In this document: in pieces, positions 32,264 through 40,542 of the stretch
How positions within the stretch are numbered: position 1 is the first letter of the stretch
How the letters are laid out: every line of letters starts with the position of its first letter
Virus record (IMG/VR): IMGVR_UViG_3300044816_000012
Location: 1-46,280 of that record
Reading direction: 5' to 3' (one strand)
Source of the DNA: a virus
DNA length: 46,280 nucleotides
Program-made: the position numbers and the translations under genes
The notes under the pieces: generated by a model
What the model was told of the DNA's origin: nothing
The model's database searches: none
What the model saw: the letters and a program-made list of their open reading frames with translations, nothing else

Positions 32264-33596
32264 GAAAGTCCAGCTTCCGGTAATCGGCGGTGTCCGCAAG
32301 ACGATTACAATTCCGGACATAACTCCTGGTACGACTATTGCAGGCTTCGCCGCGCAGACGCTTACCATAGCGCAACTCCGCCAATTGCTGGGTGTCGTTA
32401 CTCCCCCTCTAGGCGGCGGAAACATCGGTGGTGGCGGTGGTACTGGTGCGGCTATTATCCTAGGGCCGGGGCTGTCAGGCGGCGGTCCCTTAGTTGGGAA
32501 CGTCCCTATAAACCTAACCGCACCAATACCGGTATTCATCTTTGACGATGGCGGCGGGGATGGTGACGGGGGCTCCGGCCCGCCCGGACAGCGGGGGGCG
32601 GACGGTGCAACGGGCAGCCAAGGGCCGGCAGGACCTGCCATCTACCTTTCGGCCAATGACGGTGAAGATGGCTTCATGGCCGTCCCTGGGAACCCCGGCG
32701 CTGCTGGTACAAATGGTGCAACCGGAGCGCCCGGTACGGCAGGACCAGCCATATACCTTACTGCTGAGCCCGGTGAGGACGGCTGGAATGCTATCCCTGG
32801 GAACCCCGGCGCTGCTGGTACAAATGGTGCAACCGGAGCGCAAGGTCCTGTAGGACCGGCGCTTATGTTTTTCGCCCAGGACGGAGAGGACGGCGCAGCA
32901 GGACCGCCGGGCGTTAGCGGAACTGGCGGCGGAGTTACAAGCCCGTTCAACGTTACTCCCGATACCCACTTAGCGCTACCGACTGGGGTAGGGCTTGGTC
33001 CTAACGATGAGTTTGAAACAGGTTCCTCTATAGACACCGCTGGCACTAGATATGCAGGGGCTACGCCGTGGACGGCATTTAACGCAGTGACCGGTACAAC
33101 TACCAATGTCGATTCAGGATCGTTAGTGCTCACCGCCGCTAACGTTACCTTGAGCAATAACGGGTACTCACAACCTATCGTCGGCGCCACCTGGGAATAC
33201 ACCTGCCGGCTTGCCATAACTATGCAAAGCGCCGCGGCTTACGGCATGCTGCTTGCAACGGCGGCAGGCGCTAGCGGGGCTATACTGCAAATTGTCGTAT
33301 ACTCCGGTACTACGGCATATGCCCAACGGTACAACAGTGCTACGTCTTTTAACAGCAATATGGCAAATACCGCCGTATCAGCACAGTTCAACTATTTGCG
33401 GGTAGGGTATGACGGAACTAACCTAAACCTTTATGTTAGCACTACCGGCGTAGGGTCAACATTTGTGCTGCTATATTCAGAAACACCTGCCGCTTTTTTG
33501 GGCAGCGTACCTACACTTGTGGCAGTTTCAGGAAACATAAACGGCGGCAACGCCGCATCTCAGGGCGTATTTGACTGGTTCAGGCGAACAGCTTAA
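32256..33596 (+). CDS. Collagen-like tail fibre protein (446 aa, GTG start)
   Basis: G-X-Y runs (GPPGQRGADGATGSQGPAGPA; GNPGAAGTNGATGAPGTAGPA twice), then a beta-rich C-terminal domain. Confidence 0.8.
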   Translation: MVKKVQLPVIGGVRKTITIPDITPGTTIAGFAAQTLTIAQLRQLLGVVTPPLGGGNIGGGGGTGAAIILGPGLSGGGPLVGNVPINLTAPIPVFIFDDGGGDGDGGSGPPGQRGADGATGSQGPAGPAIYLSANDGEDGFMAVPGNPGAAGTNGATGAPGTAGPAIYLTAEPGEDGWNAIPGNPGAAGTNGATGAQGPVGPALMFFAQDGEDGAAGPPGVSGTGGGVTSPFNVTPDTHLALPTGVGLGPNDEFETGSSIDTAGTRYAGATPWTAFNAVTGTTTNVDSGSLVLTAANVTLSNNGYSQPIVGATWEYTCRLAITMQSAAAYGMLLATAAGASGAILQIVVYSGTTAYAQRYNSATSFNSNMANTAVSAQFNYLRVGYDGTNLNLYVSTTGVGSTFVLLYSETPAAFLGSVPTLVAVSGNINGGNAASQGVFDWFRRTA

Positions 33597-33620
33597 ACTC
33601 ATGGCAATTGGAGGAATCTT

Positions 33621-33992
33621 ATGGCGCAGAACAAGAAACTGAATATCGCACCGATTGCCGTTACGGCATCCGTCACCAATTTGCTCAATTGCAATGTGAC
33701 GGCGGTCACAGGGCCGGTAGGGTTCACTATGACCCAGCCGTATCTGCTTATCAAGCATATTCGTGCAGTCAATACGACTGCCGGCGCTCTGACCCTTACG
33801 CTCTATAAAGGTGCAACCGGCGCTAGTGCGGCGGGCACCCAGTTCATGTTTGCCGGTACCTCGATTCCTGCCAATTCCTATGTGGACATGTATACGGAAG
33901 CACGCTTTGACGCGGTTGACTTCCTGACTGGTATCGGCAGCGCTACCGGCATCACGCTTGATATATCTGCTGAAATCGGAGTCTCAGGCTAA
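33621..33992 (+). CDS. hypothetical tail-module protein (123 aa)
   Basis: ORF with SD ggaggaatcttATG. Confidence 0.7.
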   Translation: MAQNKKLNIAPIAVTASVTNLLNCNVTAVTGPVGFTMTQPYLLIKHIRAVNTTAGALTLTLYKGATGASAAGTQFMFAGTSIPANSYVDMYTEARFDAVDFLTGIGSATGITLDISAEIGVSG

Positions 33993-34291
33993 TGGCTCTC
34001 ATGTACGTTACAGAATACGCGGGCTTAGGTACGGACCCAAACGGATCTACGCAGGCGGTAGCTACGCCTCCTCTTGTGGAGCAAACGCCCGTCGCTATTG
34101 GCGCTGCGGCGTCTTCCTTGCCGTTCGGGGTTAACACGACCATAGTCCGCATCCACGTCGATGCTATCGCTTCTGTCAACATAAACATTGGCGGAGCGGC
34201 TACGACTTCTAGCGGACGGATGGTTGCCGGGCAGACAGAGTACTTCCGCGTGGCTCCTGGGCAGCGGGCTAACGTGATAACTAACACATGA
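33992..34291 (+). CDS. hypothetical tail-module protein (99 aa)
   Basis: ORF with TAATG coupling. Confidence 0.65.
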   Translation: MALMYVTEYAGLGTDPNGSTQAVATPPLVEQTPVAIGAAASSLPFGVNTTIVRIHVDAIASVNINIGGAATTSSGRMVAGQTEYFRVAPGQRANVITNT

Positions 34292-34470
34292 CCGGCGATA
34301 TCGGAGCCATAGGGGCGATAGGCACCCTTGGCATAGAATCACCGATCATCGGTTTCACTTCTGGCGCTGGCGGCGGCTCAGGCCCCGGCACGACTGCTGC
34401 GTTGCAATACAACGTAGCGTCTAACTCCATGTACCGCATAAGCACAGGTTTAGGAATAGGGGTAGGATAA
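34288..34470 (+). CDS. small Gly-rich protein (60 aa)
   Basis: ORF with ATGA coupling. Confidence 0.5.
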   Translation: MTGDIGAIGAIGTLGIESPIIGFTSGAGGGSGPGTTAALQYNVASNSMYRISTGLGIGVG

Positions 34471-36267
34471 ATGGCTACGATTACGGTACTTGACTCTACT
34501 GGCGCAACGCAAACAGTTGCTAAGGTCGTAAATACCGGCACCGTAGCAGACGCTAACAGCCTTCCTGTTACCCAATCAACCGAAGACAAAGCAGTAGCTA
34601 CAGCATCAGGCGCATCCCTCGCATCGATTGACGCCAAGACCCCCGCGCTATCAGGAGGAACCGTTCCCGTAAGCGCTGCTGCGCTCCCCCTACCCGCAGG
34701 AGCGGCTACGGAAGCTACGCTTGCCGGGATAGGCAACCGCTTCTCTGCTAGCGTCCCTCTAGAAACTACGCAAGCACTACCGATTACCCAAACACCCCAA
34801 AAAACTTGGCGCGCTGGATTCGATGCGGCCGTAGCAGCGGGCCCCGACACGACGTACTTCACCGCCATAGCCAACGGATCGGGTATTGCGGTAGCGCAGT
34901 CTGGCGGATCGCTCGTTATTACTACGGGAGCCACCGCATATTCTGAAACTATTTTGAGGTCAGTCCCGTCGTGGATGGGCACCAATAAGAGTAGGTATAG
35001 CCTGACGCTATCCCAGCGCATCGTTAACTGTGAAGTGTACATCGAACTGGTGGACGTTATTGGTGATGGTCTAACTATCGTCCATACCAGTTCGACTACT
35101 GTCGTCGTAACAATACCGAGCAATCCGTTTACTGCTGCTAACGTTGGGCAAAGCGTCTACATCGGCGCTATCTCGGTAGCAGCGAGTTTGAACCAGCGGG
35201 CGGCTATTACGTCAATAAGCGGCAACGATGTGACCTTCACGGGCGCGGGCTTCGCAGCTACCGGCACCGGAACATGTTCGCTATTTGGATGGAACTACCA
35301 CCATGCGTATTACGACGGTACGGTAGCAACGTCGACGAAGTACGGCACTTGCCGCAATGGCTGGGCCTCGGCGGATGTCGCAGTCACCATAAACACAACC
35401 GCCACCGGGCATATCGGCGTAGTTACCGCAGAGGCGGGCAAGGGTGCTTACCTCGATCAACTATCAGCATCGTCTACGACGGTGGAGTTAGTGCAGCGTG
35501 GGTCTTCGGTTCGCAACGTTCCTGAAGATCAGACGGCGTTACGTTACCAGATCCGGGTGCGCAATCTCGCTACTGCACCGGCATCGACGACTACGGTAAC
35601 GGTCGGTTTTGTGGAGGCTGATCAGTTTGTTGCGCAGCAGATGTCCCTAATCGGCGTTGAAGCAATGTCCGCTAACCAGGCGTTGCCGGTACAGTTAGTA
35701 GGCACGACGGGCACCGTTGGCACTGTTACTACGGTTTCCACCGTCACTGCGGTAACCACATTGGCAAACGGCCAGACGGCGCATTCTGCCGCTTCGACAG
35801 GGTCCCCGGTTCGTGTCGGCGGGCGGGTTAATACTACCGTAGATACTACGCTGGTGGCCGGCGATGCGTCAGACCTATTTATTACGACTAGCGGTTCGGC
35901 GGTCGTTAAACAGTACGCTGCGCCAGAACTTGACTGGAGTTATGCGGCAGCTACGGGGGGTATTACTAATACGACTGCCGCCGTAACTGTCAAAGCAGCA
36001 GGCGCAGCGGGTGTGCGAAACTACATCACTGGCGTACAGCTTTCCACTGATACGTTAGGCGCAGCGACCGAGTTTGCTATACGGGATGGCGCAGCGGGCA
36101 CGGTAATCTGGCGCTGCAAACTTAACACTACCGCTCTTCCGCTGCTTACCATAGACTTCCCGACACCGCTACGGGGGACCGCCGCGACGCTGGTAGAGAT
36201 AGTTACGCTTACCGCGTCCGTTACTGGCGGTGTCTTCGCTAATCTACAGGGCTACCAGGCCCCTTAA
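34471..36267 (+). CDS. Tail fibre/spike-like protein (598 aa, T/A/V/G-rich)
   Basis: Size, beta-type composition, and position at the distal end of the structural arm. Confidence 0.7.
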   Translation: MATITVLDSTGATQTVAKVVNTGTVADANSLPVTQSTEDKAVATASGASLASIDAKTPALSGGTVPVSAAALPLPAGAATEATLAGIGNRFSASVPLETTQALPITQTPQKTWRAGFDAAVAAGPDTTYFTAIANGSGIAVAQSGGSLVITTGATAYSETILRSVPSWMGTNKSRYSLTLSQRIVNCEVYIELVDVIGDGLTIVHTSSTTVVVTIPSNPFTAANVGQSVYIGAISVAASLNQRAAITSISGNDVTFTGAGFAATGTGTCSLFGWNYHHAYYDGTVATSTKYGTCRNGWASADVAVTINTTATGHIGVVTAEAGKGAYLDQLSASSTTVELVQRGSSVRNVPEDQTALRYQIRVRNLATAPASTTTVTVGFVEADQFVAQQMSLIGVEAMSANQALPVQLVGTTGTVGTVTTVSTVTAVTTLANGQTAHSAASTGSPVRVGGRVNTTVDTTLVAGDASDLFITTSGSAVVKQYAAPELDWSYAAATGGITNTTAAVTVKAAGAAGVRNYITGVQLSTDTLGAATEFAIRDGAAGTVIWRCKLNTTALPLLTIDFPTPLRGTAATLVEIVTLTASVTGGVFANLQGYQAP

Positions 36268-36277
36268 GGATGTTTTT

Positions 36278-36556
36278 ATGAACTACCAGATCAGAACAGT
36301 ACTCAACGTACCCGGTTTTCCAAGTGCTGGTGCGTGGGGCATACCGCGTGCGAGTGATATATACGGGGTTCCCTCTACAGGGATACAGGTATACGCGGGA
36401 GATGTTATTGTAGCTTGCCAGAACTTAACAAATCCCGCTGATTACTCTGTGGTGTTCCACAGAAACATAGTTCAAGACCAGCAAATAACGCAGGTAAATA
36501 CGAACGATTTTTCAGCTAATATGTATCTGCTTGTTATCGGTACGCCGGTATTGTGA
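36278..36556 (+). CDS. hypothetical protein (92 aa)
   Basis: Track ORF trimmed to ATG 36278 (aagga SD). Confidence 0.6.
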   Translation: MNYQIRTVLNVPGFPSAGAWGIPRASDIYGVPSTGIQVYAGDVIVACQNLTNPADYSVVFHRNIVQDQQITQVNTNDFSANMYLLVIGTPVL

Positions 36557-36586
36557 TGGGTGTTAAATTAGCGGTGGCACCGTAAT

Positions 36587-36961
36587 ATGGACATCACTGG
36601 CGCAGGCGAGATTGCGACGGCGGCCAAAGGCATCCTTGGCATGTTCTTTCCGGATAAAACCGAGGAAGAAAAGTCCAAGATTGCTGCAACGCTGGCCATG
36701 CTCACCGCGCAGACCGACATCAACAAGGCCGAGGCCCAATCCACCGATCCACTTCAACATTGGCGCGGCGGCATGGGCTGGGTCTGCGTCTTGGGTTACT
36801 TCCATAACTTCATCTTCCAACCACTATTTACCGATGTCGTAGCATTCATGGGGAAGAATGTAGTTCTACACCCGCTTGATATCGGCCCCTTGGCGACACT
36901 CACCCTCGGTATGCTGGGACTCGGCGGCTTACATGTCGCTCAACAGGTAGGCAAGAAATGA
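36587..36961 (+). CDS. Holin, 3-TM GTA-holin-like family (124 aa)
   Basis: N-terminal FFPDKTEEEK, then QTDINKAEAQSTDPLQHWRGGMGWVCVLGYF and two further hydrophobic segments; lies upstream of the endolysin. Confidence 0.7.
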   Translation: MDITGAGEIATAAKGILGMFFPDKTEEEKSKIAATLAMLTAQTDINKAEAQSTDPLQHWRGGMGWVCVLGYFHNFIFQPLFTDVVAFMGKNVVLHPLDIGPLATLTLGMLGLGGLHVAQQVGKK

Positions 36962-37113
36962 ACCATAAAGTAAACTTTTGGGCGTGTACCAGCGCTAGTA
37001 CCTGCATAACCGGGTTCGTAATATGGTCCCTCCCCTATCTCCAATTCATTGCCGTAGTCATCTCGATAGCCGCAGGCATTCGGGCCTACCTGGTTAGCCG
37101 TAAGCAGAAATGA
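36958..37113 (+). CDS. small two-TM lysis-cassette protein (51 aa), holin/antiholin partner candidate
   Basis: Not in track. MNHKVNFWACTSASTCITGFVIWSLPYLQFIAVVISIAAGIRAYLVSRKQK; ATGA overlaps with both the holin and the endolysin. Confidence 0.6.
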   Translation: MNHKVNFWACTSASTCITGFVIWSLPYLQFIAVVISIAAGIRAYLVSRKQK

Positions 37114-37538
37114 TGCAGTTAGGCACTAAAGGCAAAGCGCTAATCCAGGGGTTTGAGAAACTAGCGCTAACGGCGTACCAAGATCAGGGCGGCATCTGGA
37201 CTATCGGCTGGGGGCACGTTAACTCCGGCATACGTGCCGGTGACAAGTGCTCCCCGGAGCAGGCGGATGCGTGGTTTGAGCAGGACGTGCAGCGCGCGGT
37301 GCTGGCGGTATCTGATACTATCAACGTGCCCCTAACGCAGAATCAATTCGACGCGCTTGTGGCCTTTACGTACAACGTAGGCGCTACCGCGATGGCGCAT
37401 TCTACCCTTATCAAGCTACTGAATCAGGGCCGCCCTGCCGCAGGCGAATTTGCCAAATGGAATAAGGTAAATGGTCAACCGTCTGCCGGTCTTACCCGCC
37501 GTCGAGACGCCGAATGTAAACTGTTCCTCGCCCCTTGA
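37110..37538 (+). CDS. Endolysin, GH24 (T4-type) lysozyme (142 aa)
   Basis: GFEKLALTAYQDQGGIWTIGWGH shows the E-x8-D-x5-T catalytic triad spacing; also YNVGA and GLTRRR. Confidence 0.9.
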   Translation: MMQLGTKGKALIQGFEKLALTAYQDQGGIWTIGWGHVNSGIRAGDKCSPEQADAWFEQDVQRAVLAVSDTINVPLTQNQFDALVAFTYNVGATAMAHSTLIKLLNQGRPAAGEFAKWNKVNGQPSAGLTRRRDAECKLFLAP

Positions 37539-37638
37539 TACCCTAGGGGTATAATGGCGGCATGCACCGACCACACCCTCTACCGACTTGCGCGCCCGAC
37601 GCAGACCATCACGAATACGACGTATGGGGTAAAGGGGA

Positions 37639-37660
37639 TGAGCCCTCCCTTGAGGGCTCA
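37639..37660. terminator. Hairpin at the convergence point of the two arms (9-bp stem, 4-nt loop)
   Basis: tgagccctc cctt gagggctca. On the minus strand it lies 18 nt after stop 37678 and is followed by tcccctttacc; there is no T-run on the plus side. Confidence 0.5.
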
Positions 37661-37677
37661 GAAGACGGAGACGATTA

Positions 37678-39141
37678 CTAGAGACGGTGCTTGCCGTTAA
37701 CGATGGTTATTAGCTGACTCTTGCCGCCTTTGTAGATGAGCAAGTCCGTATGCATCCAACTTGACGGGCTACCCAGGGCATAAGGCTGGCTGGCCTTCGC
37801 ATTGTGCCCCACCTGCCGAGCACCGCCGCTAGCACCTGGCCCGTGACCGTGTGCTATCGCTACCTTGTCGCCCAATCGGCTCATATTCTTGAGGGAACCC
37901 CGTGAACCATTTGGGCCTTTATGCCCGTGGTAGCCGCACTGGGTTTTCTCGATAACGAGCGATTCTCCGAGCGATAGACAGTGGATGTTATCCAATCCGC
38001 GCTGCTTTATGCAGTAGGGGAAGGGGCTGGGATAGCTAGCCATGCCGTCGTTTAGCGTAGCGCCTGCATCCATTGCCGCAGCCATCTGCAAATAGAACTG
38101 GCGGTTCTTGGCAGCCAACAGTTTCCAGTCGCTTTTGACTACCCAACGGCGTAGGAAGTCGTCATGGTTGCTAGCTACGACGTACGACTGCGCGCCCTTC
38201 GGAGTGCGGGATTCCACCCAGTCTATAGCCTGGTTAACCTCGCCCGCGACGTAATCCTTATTGCCCGTCGCTAGTGCCTTTTGGATAAAAGGGTCTTCCG
38301 CTTCGTGGGGATTGACACTCTGGCCGTCGAATAGATCGTGCCAAACTATGCGCTTCGGCTTGTACCGCGTGACAATGCCGTCCTTGCCGAAGGTAGCCTT
38401 ATCGACTCGCAAGTCGGTAGTAGCCACGTGGGTATCACCCAGAATGATAGCCTCGGGCGGCGGTGCTGCTTGCACTCCCGAAGGGGTGAATAGCGTATCC
38501 AGGTCAGTGCATTCGCCAGCTTCATTGAAGTTTAGATGCCGCAGATAGAAAATGCCGTCCTTATCCAATTCTACAAGAACCGCGCCGTAGCAATGGTGGA
38601 ACTCGCCGCCGGCACCGGACCGTGAGTTGCTATAGTTTGGCTCAGTGCATGCGCCGGTAGTGGTCATGATCTTAGCCATTTTACCGCTGGTCACAGGAAC
38701 AGTCGTAAACTGATAGCGGGTATGGCCCAGGATAAGCGATTCTCCGCCCGTTAGCCCTTCGAACCCTGAGAGCGGCGTAACTGCCGTAGGTACGACCTTA
38801 ATGTCGCCTGCGCACGTCAGATTGCGGTTAACGATCATCCGCTGGTTAAGCCAGTACGGTTTCGTTGCAGGGTCCCAGTTCTCTGCGTTCTCTTGCGATT
38901 GGGAGAATTGCGATGTGGGGTTTTTATACCGCAGTTGGATAACGGAGAGATGCGCTTTGTAGTGCTCCCGGATGACTTGCAGCGTCTTCCACGTAGGAGC
39001 ATGCACTGGCGTAGCATTCTGGGCTGCGGTGAACAGGTAGCGGACCGTACCCTTGGGCGCTGGATTGGTATGTACCTCCCACACCTTGGACGCTTGCGCC
39101 AAAGGGTGATGGGCCGTTACGAAGTCGTCAAATGTTTTCAT
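37678..39141 (-). CDS. Calcineurin-like metallophosphoesterase with ~230-aa N-terminal domain of unknown function (487 aa)
   Basis: Ordered motifs ILGDTHV, WHDLFDG, VVASNHDDF, GYHGHKG and IAHGHGPG match the metallophosphatase signature GDxH / GDxxD / GNHD / H / GHxH, with substitutions. Confidence 0.75.
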   Translation of the reverse strand: MKTFDDFVTAHHPLAQASKVWEVHTNPAPKGTVRYLFTAAQNATPVHAPTWKTLQVIREHYKAHLSVIQLRYKNPTSQFSQSQENAENWDPATKPYWLNQRMIVNRNLTCAGDIKVVPTAVTPLSGFEGLTGGESLILGHTRYQFTTVPVTSGKMAKIMTTTGACTEPNYSNSRSGAGGEFHHCYGAVLVELDKDGIFYLRHLNFNEAGECTDLDTLFTPSGVQAAPPPEAIILGDTHVATTDLRVDKATFGKDGIVTRYKPKRIVWHDLFDGQSVNPHEAEDPFIQKALATGNKDYVAGEVNQAIDWVESRTPKGAQSYVVASNHDDFLRRWVVKSDWKLLAAKNRQFYLQMAAAMDAGATLNDGMASYPSPFPYCIKQRGLDNIHCLSLGESLVIEKTQCGYHGHKGPNGSRGSLKNMSRLGDKVAIAHGHGPGASGGARQVGHNAKASQPYALGSPSSWMHTDLLIYKGGKSQLITIVNGKHRL

Positions 39142-39413
39142 CAGATTGCCGCTCGCATTTTGGCCGCTAGTGCTTTAGATCCGCAGTAGATCCGCTTCTT
39201 ACCAGAGTTAACAGTAATTATGAAGTCCTCAAAGCCGCCTCGGTAGACCGCACCGTCCATATTGCCTATAGCGTTAGCCTTGTAGAACTCGGCTTCATAC
39301 TCCCAGCCAGCAGGGGTAAGCGCCTCGATACCCGCTTTAATCTTCGCAGGGATGATATGGGATTTAACGTGAACCGGCTTGAAATCGTCGAATGTCTTGA
39401 CTTTCTTGCTCAT
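39141..39413 (-). CDS. hypothetical protein (90 aa)
   Basis: SD aggagccaccaacATG; its N-terminal KTFDDF motif is shared with the downstream phosphoesterase; TGATG coupling. Confidence 0.65.
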   Translation of the reverse strand: MSKKVKTFDDFKPVHVKSHIIPAKIKAGIEALTPAGWEYEAEFYKANAIGNMDGAVYRGGFEDFIITVNSGKKRIYCGSKALAAKMRAAI

Positions 39414-39435
39414 GTTGGTGGCTCCTATCGTGGTT

Positions 39436-39615
39436 TTAGAACTGATCGCCTAGCGGTACGTCCGCCTTCTTTTTGTGGTGTTTACGTGCTGGCAGCGGCC
39501 CGGCAGGCGTTGCTGCTACGAAGTCTGCTCCTACGCTCTTAGGGATACCCAAGGTGCTCTTACCTTCCTTAGCGGCATACATCGCTCGGCGCTGGGCTTC
39601 ACTCACCGCCGGCAT
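39436..39615 (-). CDS. DUF3008-like small protein (59 aa)
   Basis: Not in track. [32 protein letters not shown]... matches the [19 protein letters not shown] signature I know from a widespread small phage/bacterial family; TAATG coupling. Confidence 0.65.
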   Translation of the reverse strand: MPAVSEAQRRAMYAAKEGKSTLGIPKSVGADFVAATPAGPLPARKHHKKKADVPLGDQF

Positions 39616-39821
39616 TATGGGAAACTCTCGCCTAGGGGCTTATCGCCGTTGGCTTCCGCCTCCTGGCTATCAAGCTTGGCTTTGCGCTGGGTTATGGCCT
39701 TCGGGCCGAATGCCTTAGCAGCAGCGCCGATAGCGTCGCTGATAGCCCCGCCGATACCGGGCGAAGCAGCTTTCGGCTGGCCGTTAGCATCTACCCATTT
39801 TCCATTAGCGTCATACGGCAT
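39615..39821 (-). CDS. hypothetical protein (68 aa from ATG 39821)
   Basis: Track ORF 39615..39857 (TTG start) trimmed to MPYDANGKW..., which has an aaggg SD. Confidence 0.5.
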   Translation of the reverse strand: MPYDANGKWVDANGQPKAASPGIGGAISDAIGAAAKAFGPKAITQRKAKLDSQEAEANGDKPLGESFP

Positions 39822-39972
39822 CTGATTGACCCTTAGCCCAGGCGGGCCATTTAGCAAACATGGTTTCTAACTGTTTCCGCAGGTCTAGGCGTATCGTCGC
39901 TTGCGGTCGGAGTATGCCTAGATCTAGCTTCTGTTCGCCCGGCGCTGGCTCGAATATGTTATCTTGGCTCAT
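39811..39972 (-). CDS. hypothetical protein (53 aa)
   Basis: Not in track. [53 protein letters not shown]; ATGA overlap with the upstream stop. Confidence 0.45.
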   Translation of the reverse strand: MSQDNIFEPAPGEQKLDLGILRPQATIRLDLRKQLETMFAKWPAWAKGQSDAV

Positions 39973-40316
39973 AAGTCAAGTTCCGACCGTGGCGGTAAGT
40001 CCTGATTATATTCAACCTGCGCCTCAATTGCTAGCTGCAAAGCCGCCAGCGCTCTCCAAGCGGCTTTGGCTAGGTGCATAGTGCCATCCGTGTCAAACGC
40101 CTTGCCGGCGTGATGGTCCAGCATATGCCGTAGGATCTTGTTCTCATGGTCAGTGGATATACCGCGCTCCCAGCGCAGCTTGCCGCCAAAACCATACTGT
40201 TTATTGCCCGCAACTGAGACTTTGGCTATCTCAGCCCAGCAGTCAGGGAAGTAGGCTAGGCAGCCATCCCAGATAGGGAGGGCGTTACGTGCATCGCGAT
40301 TAGTCGGAAGCGCCAT
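39969..40316 (-). CDS. DUF5664-like protein, possible dATP/dGTP diphosphohydrolase-type domain (115 aa)
   Basis: ALPIWDGCLAYFPDCWAEIAKVSVAGNKQYG..LRWERG...ILRHMLDH fits my recollection of the dGTP_diPhyd_N/DUF5664 pattern (P..fp.al..va.v...G..KY..W..G......RH); start trimmed to ATG 40316. Confidence 0.45.
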   Translation of the reverse strand: MALPTNRDARNALPIWDGCLAYFPDCWAEIAKVSVAGNKQYGFGGKLRWERGISTDHENKILRHMLDHHAGKAFDTDGTMHLAKAAWRALAALQLAIEAQVEYNQDLPPRSELDL

Positions 40317-40317
40317 G

Positions 40318-40542
40318 TTATTTGTTCCCGAATTTAAGGCCATTAAACCAGCGTCGTAGCACGTAGCTGCGGGCTAGGGATATCAGCGTATATAGCAGCC
40401 CTAGCTCAAAGTTGGACTTTAGCGTCAGCGACGAAAAGCCGAACAAGGGAAGTAGTATCCAGTTTGCCGCAAAGTTAATCGAGAAGCCTACGGCGATGTT
40501 CGCCAGAGATTCTGCTATAGATCCTACCTGGGTTTGGGCCAT
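40318..40542 (-). CDS. two-TM membrane protein (74 aa)
   Basis: ORF with hydrophobic segments; TAATG coupling to the SNF2 gene. Confidence 0.6.
   Translation of the reverse strand: MAQTQVGSIAESLANIAVGFSINFAANWILLPLFGFSSLTLKSNFELGLLYTLISLARSYVLRRWFNGLKFGNK

Noticed and set aside
32234-33217. Minus-strand ORFs (135, 151 and 191 aa) opposite the collagen-like fibre gene
   Set aside because: They are GC-rich G-X-Y repeat shadows (Pro/Gly/Ala-rich antisense translation), embedded in a unidirectional plus-strand operon
34281-35123. 280-aa minus-strand ORF opposite the 598-aa fibre gene
   Set aside because: It is antisense to a coupled plus-strand gene chain, has no SD, and its composition is typical of a high-GC shadow frame
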